64,000 bases of DNA from an uncultured delta proteobacterium (GTDB lineage Bacteria; Desulfobacterota; RBG-13-43-22): contig CAVQFQ010000004.1 in assembly GCA_963711835.1 (NCBI GenBank), positions 256,001 through 320,000 on the forward strand, written 5' to 3'. The notes beneath the pieces were generated by a model that worked only from the letters and a program-made list of their open reading frames with translations, ran no database searches and was not told where the DNA came from. Positions 8,781 through 19,422 of this stretch are shown here, one piece after another. Made by a program: the position numbers and the translations under genes. Positions within the stretch are counted from its first letter, which is position 1. Each line of letters opens with the position of its first letter.

Positions 8781-10362
8781 AAGCCTTTCCTCCGCTGACG
8801 GGAAAGGAGAGACAAAACGTACTCCCTCCCGAATTAAGACAATCGTCCACGCTGTTGCAATGGGGGCATCGGCTGATATCCCCCGGACAGAGATCCATAT
8901 CTTTGGGGATAAACGGGCAGCGCCGGCTTTCTATGGAGAGCTCGAACCCGAAGCGCCGGCCGTAGAGCTTGGTCTGCAGGAGACCCAATCCCTTGCCCCC
9001 GGCGTTAAAGTCGTAAGGTTTCTTGGAGGTGTACAGGTCCGTATCCTGGGTGTGAAACAAGCCGTCAAAAAGATAGCGTTGGTTTTCAGCGCTGATGCCG
9101 ATGCCGAAATCCCGGACTTTGAGGTCCAGGCGGTCCTCTTTTTTTTCCAGGCGGACCTCGATGCACCCCTGGTCGGGGGTATTTTCAACGGCATTTTTTA
9201 AGAGGTTTTCCAAAGCTTCCTTTAAAACCAAAGGCTCCATGGGAAGATGGATCTCCTTTTCCCCGATCAGAACCAACGTAAGATTTCGATGACGGGATCG
9301 TTCCCGGATCTGTTTCATGATCTCCTCGATAAAGGGGTAAAGGAAGATTCGTTCAAATGGAAGAGGCCGGGCAGAAGCGGAACTCCTGATCCATTCCTTG
9401 AGACCGGCGCTATGATAGCGGATCTCAGGCGAAAGGTCCAGCTCTTCTTCCAGCTTGACTAAAAGGCGGTCCAATTCGCCCAGGATAAAGCCCTTTTCAA
9501 ATTCATGGCTGGAGCGGATGATTTTATCCGTTTCCTGCTGGATCTCCATCAAGCGGTTCAGATTCTTATCCAGTGATTCAAATAGTTCCCCTTTTACCCC
9601 CAATTCGGGAAATTTCTCTATCTTTCTTTTTAAAAGCCGAAGATTTCCCTGGATGATGGACAACGGGGTCCGCAGTTCATGGGACAGGTGATCCAGGGCC
9701 TTGTCCTTGGCCCGGTTGAGACGCCGGAGCTCTTCCCGGGATTGTTCCAGGGCTTCGATACGGGCGGTCTGCAGTTGGGCCATCTCCAGGAAGACGGCGG
9801 CCTGATTGGCGAAAGTCTTCAGAAAAGACTGGTCTTCCTCGGTGAATAGCCCTTCTCTTTTATTAAGGACCTGAATGACTCCCAGGATTTGCTGGGAACG
9901 AGTGACCAAGGGGAGACACAGGAGACTCCGGGTCCGGTAGCCGGTGCTGGCATCCACCTCGCGATTGAAGCGCGGGTCTTCATAGGCATCCTTTAAATTG
10001 AGCGACTGCCCACTCCGGAAACAATATCCGGCAATCCCGCCCTGGGAGGGGATTCGAATGACCTTTCCTTCGATGCCCAAGGCCACCTTGGACCAGAGTT
10101 CGTCTGTTTTGGCATCATAGAGAAAGACGCTGCAGCGGTCGGCCTCCATGACCTGGGCTGTTTTTTGGGCAATCCGGTAAAGCATGTTATCGACCTGAAG
10201 GTCCAGTCCGATGATCCGGCCCAAATCCAAAAAGGCCTGGAGTTTCCGGGCCTGGTGATCCTGGTTTTGCTGGGGGGCCTGGTCCTTGCTTCTTCGAAGC
10301 CGGTTTCTTCGGTCGCCCATCAAGGGCTTGGGATCTAGTGACCTTTCCGCAGGTCTATCCAT
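8758..10362 (-). CDS. GAF-domain histidine kinase with a Cys-rich insert in the ATPase domain
   Basis: GAF (DAYEDPRFNREVDASTGYRTRSLLC), SHELRTPL, NLLKNA, DFGIGI, GKGLGL, then CPFIPKDMDLCPGDISRCPHCNSVDDC. Confidence 0.9.
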   Translation of the reverse strand: MDRPAERSLDPKPLMGDRRNRLRRSKDQAPQQNQDHQARKLQAFLDLGRIIGLDLQVDNMLYRIAQKTAQVMEADRCSVFLYDAKTDELWSKVALGIEGKVIRIPSQGGIAGYCFRSGQSLNLKDAYEDPRFNREVDASTGYRTRSLLCLPLVTRSQQILGVIQVLNKREGLFTEEDQSFLKTFANQAAVFLEMAQLQTARIEALEQSREELRRLNRAKDKALDHLSHELRTPLSIIQGNLRLLKRKIEKFPELGVKGELFESLDKNLNRLMEIQQETDKIIRSSHEFEKGFILGELDRLLVKLEEELDLSPEIRYHSAGLKEWIRSSASARPLPFERIFLYPFIEEIMKQIRERSRHRNLTLVLIGEKEIHLPMEPLVLKEALENLLKNAVENTPDQGCIEVRLEKKEDRLDLKVRDFGIGISAENQRYLFDGLFHTQDTDLYTSKKPYDFNAGGKGLGLLQTKLYGRRFGFELSIESRRCPFIPKDMDLCPGDISRCPHCNSVDDCLNSGGSTFCLSFPVSGGKAFDAAGIA

Positions 10363-10646
10363 ACTTGGACCGGGCCTTTTCTTTGAGAAAAGAAAAATAC
10401 GCGTGGGGAAAAAGGGTTTCTTTTAGGAAATTATCGTCAAGACAAGTGGGTCCTGAAAACCGACTGCCGGATAAGGGTCTAAGACATTTAAACCGGTTCA
10501 CAGCTTAATGGGTCTCCTGATTTTGTCAAGAAAATTCTTATCGTTAGGGTCGTCCGAACGGACCTTTGCTCCCGTTTCGAATCCCGGGAAAGGGTCTTTT
10601 CCATTCTCAGATGGATAACTTTCTTAAAAAATTAATAAATTTATGA

Positions 10647-10675
10647 TTGACTTCCTTCCTGAGTTAAGCTATAAA
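10647..10675 (+). promoter_or_regulatory. Sigma70-type promoter for rpsU
   Basis: TTGACT-N17-TATAAA. Confidence 0.6.
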
Positions 10676-10768
10676 ATAACATTTTTCTTGCCGGAGCCGG
10701 ATTATTACAGTCCTAATTCAACCGACCACAGTTTATTATTCTCTATATAGAAAGGGGTGTTAAATGGC

Positions 10769-10963
10769 ATGTCCATCAATGTGATTGTCAAGGACAACAA
10801 CATTGAGGCGGGCATAAAGCTGTTACGGAAAAAGATGCAGTTGGACGGGTTAAAGAAAGAACTCAAGCAGCGGGAGTTCTATGAAAAACCCAGTGTCAAG
10901 AAAAAACGGAAACAGCGGGAAGCGGCCCGCCGAAAACGAAAAGCCAATATGTACAATCGCTGA
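10769..10963 (+). CDS. rpsU: 30S ribosomal protein S21
   Basis: Basic 64-aa protein with REFYEKPSVKKKRK. Confidence 0.95.
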   Translation: MSINVIVKDNNIEAGIKLLRKKMQLDGLKKELKQREFYEKPSVKKKRKQREAARRKRKANMYNR

Positions 10964-11096
10964 TGTTGGCCTTTATCCTTCTGCACTTAACCTGATAACT
11001 ATTTTAGGGCCGGACTGGCTATCCTTTCCAACCTTTCGATAAACAGCCGGCCCTAAAAATTATCCCATCTCCTCAACGGGTTTAGTTCCTTACTCC

Positions 11097-12098
11097 TTGA
11101 CCACTGATCCTTCCACCCGATCCTGCCATCGGATCTCCTGGATTTACGGCGAAGGGGATCTTAAATCCCTGCGATTAGACAGCCGGATTCGGAAAAGACT
11201 CCCGGGTCTTTCCCGTCAGACGCTGTTAAAACTTTTTGCCGAAAATCACATCCGGGTGAATGGCCGTCCGGCAGCCAAAGGGGTTCGGATTTCCACCGGG
11301 GACCAAATCGAAATCGATCTGCCTGGTCCCTTCGATCCTTTCCCCAGGCCGGATTCCTCTTTCGTACCCCCGGTTCTATTTGAAGACCAGACTCTGCTGA
11401 TCGTCGATAAGCCGGGCTTAGTGCCCTCCCACCCCTTAACACCTTTTGAAACCGGAACGTTGGCGAACACCTTAATGGCTCACCGGCCGGAATTGAAAGG
11501 TCTAGGCAACAAACCCCTCGAACCGGGTCTGGTCCACCGCCTGGATACCGGGACCTCCGGTCTTATGGCCATAGCCAAAACCCAGGAGGCTTGGGTGAGG
11601 CTTAAAAAAGACCTGGCCAATCGGCGCTGGCAAAAAACCTATCTGGCCCTGGTTCAGGGCCGGGTTAGCGAACCGGCCACCCTTTCCCTTCCCCTGGCCC
11701 ATGACCGCCTGGATCCGCGCCGGATGAAAATTATCCGGGGGCCTTCCGATCCTCATCGGGGCCGGGTTTATCAGGCCTTCACCCGGATTCGGCCCAAGGA
11801 ACATTTTCCCCTGCATACCCTGATCGAAGCGGAGCTCATCACCGGCGTTACCCACCAGATCCGGGTCCACCTGGCCGCACTAAACCGGCCCATTGTAGGG
11901 GACATTCTCTATGGGTCCTCAGAAGGAATACCTTCGGGCCTGCCTCCCGGAAGATTTTTTCTCCATGCCTCACAAATCTCTTTTCCTCATCCTCTTACAG
12001 GGAAAAGAATGGTCATCACTTCTAACTTGCCTGAAGATCTTGGGAAATTTTTAAAACGATTAAAATCGAATACGCTTATTGATAAAAATGCTTTCTGA
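11097..12098 (+). CDS. RluA-family pseudouridine synthase with an S4-like N-terminus
   Basis: VDKPGLVPSHP, HRLDTGTSG (catalytic Asp), TGVTHQIRVH, PIVGDILYG, LHA. Confidence 0.9.
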   Translation: MTTDPSTRSCHRISWIYGEGDLKSLRLDSRIRKRLPGLSRQTLLKLFAENHIRVNGRPAAKGVRISTGDQIEIDLPGPFDPFPRPDSSFVPPVLFEDQTLLIVDKPGLVPSHPLTPFETGTLANTLMAHRPELKGLGNKPLEPGLVHRLDTGTSGLMAIAKTQEAWVRLKKDLANRRWQKTYLALVQGRVSEPATLSLPLAHDRLDPRRMKIIRGPSDPHRGRVYQAFTRIRPKEHFPLHTLIEAELITGVTHQIRVHLAALNRPIVGDILYGSSEGIPSGLPPGRFFLHASQISFPHPLTGKRMVITSNLPEDLGKFLKRLKSNTLIDKNAF

Positions 12099-13165
12099 TC
12101 CGATCCACCTGAGGCTGGAAGGGCCGGCGGAGATAGGTTTGTTTCAGAGCGAAAATTCGCAACAGGGCCTCTTTAAGCAGCGATTCGGGGAGGGATCCCT
12201 TTTTAAACCCTTTCAAGAGATAGCGATAGGCCCGTTCTATCTTCTCCGGGTCATGACAGATCAGGAGCCCGTCAACCCCGGCCTGGAAAGCCAGAGAGGC
12301 CGCCTCTTCGATTTCAAAGTGCTTCCCGATGGCCCCCATCTCCAGATCATCGCTCAGAACAACCCCCTGATAACCCATTTCCTGACGCAACAAACCCCTG
12401 ACGATCAGCTGGGAAAGGCCGGCCGGCCATCTCGGGTCCAGGGCCGGATAATGGACATGGGTAACCATGATCGCAGCCGGCGGGATGGGGATGACTTCCC
12501 GGAAAGGAATCAGTTCCATCTCTTCCAGGGCCGGTCGGTCTTTTAAGAGAATAGGAAGGTCCTGATGGGAATCGAGTTCGGTGGCGCCGATCCCGGGGAA
12601 GTGCTTGGCGCAGGCCATGATCCCGCTCTGCTGCAGCTCGGAAATACAGACCCCGCCCAGCCTGGCTGTCTGAAAGGGATCGGCGCCGTAGGATCGGCGG
12701 GCCATAAGGCCATCCGCACCCCGGGTGTTGACATCCAATACCGGGGTCAGGTTCAGATTGATCCCCACCAGCCTCAATTCCTCTGCCGTGGTCCGGGCGA
12801 AGGAACGGACAGTCTCTTCAGGGTTTTCTAGAGAGGGCCTGGAAGGATTGGCCGGGCCATTGGGTAAAAGGAGGGTCTAAGCGGCTGACCTCCCCTCCCT
12901 CCTGATCAACGGCGACAAACAAAGGAAGGGAGGAAGTCTCCAGGGCCTTCTCCTGCAAATCCCGGGTGAGTTGGGCCGTCTGCAGCGGGTCCTGAATATT
13001 TCTTTTGAACAGGATGATGCCGCCGACATGGAGCTTTTTCAGCAAGAAGGTCAGGTCGCTGTTATACCGGGTCCCCTGAAATCCCACCATGAAGAGCTGG
13101 CCGACCAGTTCCTCGAGGGAGTGCTTTCGAATCAGGGTTTCAATGGAGATCTGAGGGATCATCAT
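12076..13165 (-). CDS. nagZ: Beta-N-acetylhexosaminidase (GH3), split by one frameshift near 12830
   Basis: GGIILFKRN, AVDQEGGEVSRL, PVLDV, KHFPGIG, DSH, SDDLEMGAI across ORFs 12818-13165 and 12076-12777. Confidence 0.85.
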
Positions 13166-13230
13166 GGTTCGTTCAGCAGCGTTCAGAGTTCAGAGTTCGG
13201 AGTTCAGGGTTCAGCGTTCAGAGTTCGGCG
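13166..13230. repeat. Imperfect heptamer tandem repeat (GTTCAGA-like, about 7 units)
   Basis: gttcaga gttcaga gttcgga gttcagg gttcagc gttcaga gttcggc, immediately 5' of the nagZ start. Confidence 0.85.
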
Positions 13231-13269
13231 AAAACCGACAACCACTTGCTTAGCCTGGAATCACTGTGC

Positions 13270-14019
13270 CTATTCCAGGCGGAAGGTAATGGGGATCTGA
13301 ACCCACATATCCGTGGTCTGGCCATCCTTTTGACCGGGGATGAATTTCCACTCCTTGACTGCCTGCAGGGCCGACTGGTCCAAAACGGAAAATCCGGAAG
13401 AATGGATCACCTCGGCCGTACCGACAGCTCCGGTCTTGAGCACTAAGACCTTCAGCAGGATGGTCCCCTGCCATCCCTGCTCCCGGGCCCGATGGGGATA
13501 AAAGGGAGGCCGGTTCTGTCCGTAGCGGGGAACGGCCAGGGCCGATCCGCTCCCGGGGCCTTTATTCCCCAGCGAGGCCCCCTGGCTTCCCCGAAATATT
13601 TCCGGGGATCCTTCAGTTCCCGGAACTCCCCTTTCTCCCGAGGTCTGCCCAATCGATCCCCCTGTCGGGCTGACCGGGACGGCAAAAATCATCCCTGCCT
13701 CCGGCTTCTCGGCCTTGACCTCCAAAAGAGCGGGCTTCTCTACGTTGGGAGCGGGTTTTTCAGGAGCGACCGGAACCGGGGTCAGCGAAGGGCTGTCCTT
13801 GCGCTGAGGCCGATGATCGCTTGAAGGAACTTTTTTTTGGACCAGGGGGATCGGGGCTTGAGGGAGATGGGAATTGACCAGGGAAACCCTCAGGATCTGA
13901 TAGCGGTCAAAGGAGAAGACATTCCGGGCCAGGAAGGGCCAGGTCAATATTAGGAGACCGAAGAGACTTCCGTGAAAAAATAAGGCCCAGAAAAGCGATT
14001 TATAAAATTCCTTAGGCAT
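13270..14019 (-). CDS. tonB: Energy transducer TonB
   Basis: N-terminal TM helix with His, Pro-rich linker, YPHRAREQGWQG...SSGFSVLDQSAL...WKFIP...ITFRL. Confidence 0.85.
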   Translation of the reverse strand: MPKEFYKSLFWALFFHGSLFGLLILTWPFLARNVFSFDRYQILRVSLVNSHLPQAPIPLVQKKVPSSDHRPQRKDSPSLTPVPVAPEKPAPNVEKPALLEVKAEKPEAGMIFAVPVSPTGGSIGQTSGERGVPGTEGSPEIFRGSQGASLGNKGPGSGSALAVPRYGQNRPPFYPHRAREQGWQGTILLKVLVLKTGAVGTAEVIHSSGFSVLDQSALQAVKEWKFIPGQKDGQTTDMWVQIPITFRLE

Positions 14020-14809
14020 GTCCTTGATGTCCGCTGACCAGGGTAATCCTGGGCGTCCGGGTCAGGGGGTTTTGGTCCACCACCACCGCCGTATCAAACA
14101 CCTTTTGTATGGTCGATTCGGAAATAACCTGGCCGGGATGACCCATGACTTCGATCCGCCCCTCGCGGATCAGGATCAGACGCCGGCAGTATTGGGCCGC
14201 CAGATTAATATCATGGGAAGCCACTAAAATAGTCAATCCTTTTTCCCGGTTCAATTCCAAAACCAGGTCCAGGATCTTGACCTGGTGTTTAATATCCAAA
14301 AAGGCCGTGGGTTCATCCAGCAGCAACAGACTGGGCTCCTGGCATAGAGCCCGGGCGATCAAGACCCGCTGCTTCTCTCCGCTGGAAATTTCATTTAAGC
14401 GCCTCCCTTGTAACGAGGTCACCTGGGTTTGGGCCATGGCCGCCTCGGCCAAATGGAGATCCGGAGAACCTTCCAGTTGAAACCGTTTCAAATAGGGCGA
14501 CCGGCCCATAAGGATCACCTCCAGGACGGTAGGCGGGAAAACAAAGGCCGGGTCCTGTGATACCAGGGCCATCCGCCGGGCGATCTGAGTTTGTGAAAAT
14601 TGGGCCAGCGGTTGTCCCTCCCAGAGGACCTGGCCCTCTTTCGGGGTCAGAAGATGGGCAATCAGTTTCAGAAGGGTGGTCTTCCCGGAGCCGTTGGGTC
14701 CGATCAGACCCACCAATTCTCCCGGGAACAGCTCAAAATCAACCCCTTTGACAACCCAGCGGTGGTTGTAACGATAACCCAACTGGCTTACCTGGATCAA
14801 AGAATCCAT
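14012..14809 (-). CDS. btuD: Cobalamin/Fe-siderophore ABC ATPase
   Basis: GPNGSGKTT, SSGEKQRVLIARAL, LLDEPT, HDINLA; B12 riboswitch operon context. Confidence 0.8.
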   Translation of the reverse strand: MDSLIQVSQLGYRYNHRWVVKGVDFELFPGELVGLIGPNGSGKTTLLKLIAHLLTPKEGQVLWEGQPLAQFSQTQIARRMALVSQDPAFVFPPTVLEVILMGRSPYLKRFQLEGSPDLHLAEAAMAQTQVTSLQGRRLNEISSGEKQRVLIARALCQEPSLLLLDEPTAFLDIKHQVKILDLVLELNREKGLTILVASHDINLAAQYCRRLILIREGRIEVMGHPGQVISESTIQKVFDTAVVVDQNPLTRTPRITLVSGHQGHA

Positions 14810-15792
14810 TGCCTTCTCCTTAAATATAAAAGGTGGAGGAAAAAGGGCGCCCCCAGAAAGGCGGTAATAACCCCCACCGGCAGTTCACTGGGAGAGATCA
14901 CCGTCCGGGCCAGTAAGTCGGCTCCGATCATGAAGGAGGCCCCAAAAAGCCCGGAAGCCGGCAAGAGAAGACGGTGATCGGGCCCAAAGGCCATGCGCAC
15001 CAAGTGGGGGACGATCAACCCCACAAACCCGATAACGCCGCTGAAGGCCACGGTTACCCCGCACATCAGGGAAACCAGGATCAGGGAAAGCCATTTGATC
15101 CGTTCCACTTCCAGGCCTAATTGGGAGGCCGTTTCTTCACCGGCGGCAATCAGATTAAAGGACCTGCCCAGGCCGTAAAGAACGGCTGAGCAGCCGCCGA
15201 TGACCGGGACCAGGAATAAAAAGTCCTGGAATCGGCACCGGCTTAAGTCGCCATAAAGCCAGAAGAGCATAGAGTGCAGCTTTTCACCGGCTGTCGTGGC
15301 CAGGGCAACCATAATCAGGGCCGCAAAAAAGGCATTGATGATCACCCCGGTTAAAATCAGGGTATTGGGATCAATGATCCGGGCTTTCTGGGCAATGGCC
15401 AGCACCAGGGTGATGGTTATCAAAGCCCCCAGAAAGGCCATCATAGGGATCCCGCCCCAGAACAGGACGCCCAGGATGATGCCGGCCACAGCCCCCAGGG
15501 CGGCCCCGCTGGAGATCCCCAGGAGGAAGGGTTCGGCCAAGGGGTTTCGCATCAGGGCCTGGAAGACCACCCCTCCCAGAGAGAGGGACCAGCCTACGAT
15601 CCCGGCCAGAAGGACCCGGGGCAGGCGCAGGTCCAGCAGAATAGTCCTGGAAGTGGGGTCCAAGCCGGCCCCGAAAATACCCTGGGCAATCGGGATCGAA
15701 ACCGCCCCCAAGGCCAGTCCCAAGATGAAGGTCCCGGCCAGTAAAACGGTCAAGCCGGAAAGAACCATAATGAGTTTTTTAATGGTCAGCAA
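14797..15792 (-). CDS. btuC: FecCD/BtuC-family permease
   Basis: LRLPRVLL, RNPLAEPFLLGISSGA, GFVGLIVPH, ELPVGVIT. Confidence 0.85.
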   Translation of the reverse strand: MLTIKKLIMVLSGLTVLLAGTFILGLALGAVSIPIAQGIFGAGLDPTSRTILLDLRLPRVLLAGIVGWSLSLGGVVFQALMRNPLAEPFLLGISSGAALGAVAGIILGVLFWGGIPMMAFLGALITITLVLAIAQKARIIDPNTLILTGVIINAFFAALIMVALATTAGEKLHSMLFWLYGDLSRCRFQDFLFLVPVIGGCSAVLYGLGRSFNLIAAGEETASQLGLEVERIKWLSLILVSLMCGVTVAFSGVIGFVGLIVPHLVRMAFGPDHRLLLPASGLFGASFMIGADLLARTVISPSELPVGVITAFLGAPFFLHLLYLRRRQWIL

Positions 15793-15837
15793 CTAACTCC
15801 TTTTCAGTCATCCGCTTTCAGTTATCAGCCGAAAATG

Positions 15838-16136
15838 GATTCTTACATCTTTTAGTTTGAGAATTTATCTCTATCTTTCCAAAATCAGGTGTAGGGGGGT
15901 CTTATTTTTTATGTTGTCCACCCCTAAGCCATGAGCTTCTTTGCCGGGCCAAAATCGGATAATGTTTTGGCAGCAGGCCTACACCCAAGCTGGAAATGGG
16001 CTTGGGTGTAGCCCTACTCTCAAATGATCTTAGCTATTCGGGCCGGATTGGTGGCTCTTAGTTACCCTTTGGACAACTTAAAAAATAAGATCCCCCTACA
16101 CCATTTCTTCAGTACGTTAGAAAAATTTCAAAGATC
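15838..16136. mobile_element. Shell-2 element containing the hairpin core (15888-16102)
   Basis: Arms GGTGTAGGGGGGTCTTATTTTTTATGTTGTCCA / TGGACAACTTAAAAAATAAGATCCCCCTACACC; flanks homologous to 25674-25785 in inverted orientation. Confidence 0.7.
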
Positions 16137-16173
16137 TTTGGTTAGATTATTATCCACCCCATCCCTCACCAAT

Positions 16174-17092
16174 TTACTTCCAGTCTTTCAACTCCGGATG
16201 AATAGCCCGGGCCAAGGCCTCCAGCCCGTCGACCAGGCGGGGCGAAGGCCGGTCCAGCACATCCGAATCCAGGAGATAAATCCGCCCCTTGGCGACCGCC
16301 GGGATCTGGCCCCATTGGTTCCAGCGTTCTTTTTTCTTTTCGGCCGGGGCGCCCCTTTCCATGGAGGTGATCAATATAACCTCGGGCTTGGATCGGAGGA
16401 CCTGCTCCAGGCTGTACTTGGGGTAGTTGATCGCTTCCCGGCCGCTGATATTGATTCCGGCCGCCAGGGTGATCAAATTATTATGAAAGGTATCCCGGCC
16501 CACCGTCATCAGGGGCTGTTCATTGATTTGTAAAAACACCTTGGGCCGGGATAACCGGGAACAGGCCCGGATAACCCGCTCGGCCCTTTGTTCAAGCAGG
16601 CCCACCATCCGGTCGGCCTCATTTTCGGTCCGGGTCATCCGGCCGATGGTCCGGATGGTTTCGAAGACCTCATTTAGATTTTTTGGATTGGTCACCAAAA
16701 CCCGGAGATCAAATCTTACCAGCCTCTCCACCGATTCCTTCTCATTGCCGTCGGCGGTGGCGATGATCAGGTCGGGCTTTAAGAGACAGGATCCTCTCGA
16801 TATTGAGATCCACATAACTGCCCACTTTGGGTTTGGCCAGGGCCCCGGCCGGGAAGTTGCAGTGCTGGGTCACCCCGACCACCTGATTTCCCAGGCCGAG
16901 ATTAAAAAGTATCTCGGTTATACTCGGCGCCAGAGAGATAATCCGCTGGTAGTGGCCGGGTGAAACGCGCCTGTTTAAGGCTTCCAGATCCGCAGTAGCC
17001 GCCAGCAGGTGACCCGGAAAGACCCAACCGGCGACCAGGACTAAGCCCAAAAACCAGTTGGTCTTTTTCCCCCTTCTTAGTGATCTTCTCAT
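16174..17092 (-). CDS. btuF: Cobalamin-binding periplasmic protein, one frameshift near 16779
   Basis: RIISLAPSITEILF, VGVTQHC, ERILSLKPDLII once the extra A is removed, RPSPRL. Confidence 0.85.
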
Positions 17093-17187
17093 AAGGCTTT
17101 TGCCTCTCGACCGCTCATTTGAGAAAGACGGCAGCCTAAAATTAATCTTCCTCTTCGCCTTTGCGGAGATTCCTAATTTTCTTTAGG

Positions 17188-19182
17188 CTAAAAAATATAA
17201 CTCAGCCCGGCCGAAACCGCGATCCCCGGGGCCGGGTAATTCTGATCCAGAAAGCTGGTACCCGGCTGGGCGTCATACTGCTGGTTCGTCAGGTTAAACA
17301 CGGAGACCGTGGCCTGCCAATGCTTGGCAAAGAGATGGCTCAGTTTCAGGTCCACCGTGTAATACGACCCCAAGCCTTTTTCCTTCTGGCTGACCTTGGG
17401 GAAATCGTCGTAGTCGCTGTAATAGAAAACCCGATCGCCGACGTAGCGGCCCGTCAGATGACCTAAGGTCCCCCAGGGCAGGCGGTAACTCAGGGTAAGC
17501 CGGCCTGGTGCCGGGGAACAGCGGCGGCCCGCCGTTCCACCAGTTGGGTCTGATTGGTCAGGGCCTCCTGGAGTTCTTTGTTTTTCTGCTTGGCCTCCAG
17601 ATAGGTGTAGCCCAGGGAGAAGGAGAGATTGGAGACCGGGTTCCACTGCAACCCCAGTTCCCCTCCCCAGGTATTTTGTTCGTTCACATTCCGGGGCTGC
17701 CAGGTGCCGGCGGCATCCGGTATCCATTCAATCTTATCCCTGACCTCCCAACGGAAGAGGCTGAGTCTCAGGCTGCTCTTTTTATTCATCAGGTCCTGAT
17801 CCAGGCTGATTTCATACGAGGTCCCCTTTTCCGGTTTCAGCTCGGTGTTGCCGGACCCCGGCCAAAACAAGTCGTTAAAAGTGGGCGCCCTGAAGGCCTG
17901 CCCGTAATGGGCTTTAAGGCGGGTCTCTTTAAAGGGGGTGTAAACCAGACCCAGATCCGGGCTGGTTTCGGAACCGTACCGGGAGGTGCCGTCGTAGCGC
18001 AGCCCGCCGACCAGGCGCAGGGCAGGCAAAAGCTGCCAGTGATCCTGGGCAAAAAACCCCCAGATGGTATTGTCCGGCTTCCACTGAGTAGCGGTGGTCA
18101 TGGAGGTGCTCAGATCCGTGGTTATCGTCTCGGCCTCCAGATCCTCTTTCCGGTAATCCGTGCCCAGGGTCAATTTGTTATGATAGGGAAGATTCCAGCT
18201 CAGGATCAGATTTCCGCCCCAGATATTGGTCTTATAGGTAGAGCGGTCTTCGAAGGCCGATAAAAAAGCATAGCGCTGGCGGAAAGAAAGTTCCCGCCAA
18301 TCCTGATAGATCTGGCTGCTAAGCTGAATCTTTTCGTTGATGTCCCAATTCAAATTGAAATTATTATTAAACAGAGTGCTGTCCTGATGATCGAAAAGGC
18401 TGCTGACCTCGCTGTTTCCGAAAGGGGTTGGCGTCCCGGCGGCCGGTTTAGGCCCGGGGACCCCCAAACCATCCTGATGAAAGGTGGTCAACAGACTGAG
18501 GGAGAGACGTTCCAGGGCCTGATAGGATAATTTCAAGGAGCCGTCCTTGCCCTCATAGGCGGAGTTATCCCTGAACCCGTCGGAGGACTTATGGGCCCCG
18601 CTGAAAAAGTACCCGAACCGATCGATAGTCTGGCCCTGTTCAACCTGATAGGTTTGGGTATTAAAGCTGCCGTAGGAAAGACCGGCCTTAAAGGAAGGCT
18701 GGTCCGGGGCCTTTTTGGTGATGATGTTGATCACTCCCCCCACGCGCATTGGCCCCATAGAGATGGGAGGAAGGCCCTTCAACCACCTCGATCCGCTCCA
18801 CCTGTTCAATGGGAACCTCGCTCAGGTCGGCGGAGCCGAAGGTGATGGAATTAATCGGGCGCCCGTCCACCATCACCAAAACCTGGGAGGCGCTCGAACC
18901 CCGGATGCCGACCGACTGGGCCGCACCCAGAGGACCATAGCTATTGATCTCAATCCCCAAGGAGCCTTTCAAGAGTTCTCCGACATTTCTGGCCGGAGAG
19001 GCCTCTATGTCCGCCGGACCAATCACCGTAACCGTGTTGGGGACATTCTTGATTTCTTCCCTGGTGCGGGTAGCCGTCACCATGACCTCATCCAATCTTG
19101 CCGGTGCAGAATCCGTCCAGCCCGGGTTAACGCCGGTCAAGACCAGGCCCAAACCCAAAAACAATATCCATACTCTTTTCAT
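17188..19182 (-). CDS. btuB: TonB-dependent cobalamin receptor, frameshifts near 18745 and 17498
   Basis: Signal peptide, VMVTATRT TonB box, plug (IRG...VLVMVDG...IERIEVV.GPSS.LYG), FRAPTFNDL, LKPE, C-terminal Phe; riboswitch upstream. Confidence 0.85.
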
Positions 19183-19214
19183 GTTGTTCTCCTTTCCCTC
19201 GAAGGAATAGTATT

Positions 19215-19364
19215 TTTTGCCGGCCCAGTCTCCTGACTGACAGCGCCCTACTCTCCTCGCCTTCCCATCCCGCGACTAACGGGTCAGTGGCCTGCTGGGA
19301 TTTCGTTCTGTCGACAGTTGCGGGGCAGTGCTGGTAAACCCAGACTTCCTGGTACCCGGCAAAA
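19215..19364 (-). ncRNA. Cobalamin riboswitch (compact variant) upstream of btuB
   Basis: Minus strand: CTGCCCCGCAACTGT, GCCACTG, GGGAAGG, AGTCAGGAGACT; closing stem TTTTGCCGG/CCGGCAAAA. Confidence 0.85.
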
Positions 19365-19422
19365 TTGAAAAACCTGGACAATATAGAATTCTTTTCTCTA
19401 CCTCTTCACGCCTCACCCGTCA

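Noticed and set aside
13166-13230. Possible CRISPR array
   Set aside because: Contiguous 7-mers with no spacers and no cas genes.
12076-19182. Apparent pseudogenisation or programmed frameshifting of nagZ, btuF and btuB
   Set aside because: Single-base indels with otherwise intact coding on both sides recur across the window (also PaaY-like, DsbA, the 62-kb gene). Long-read error is the simpler explanation; read polishing is needed.
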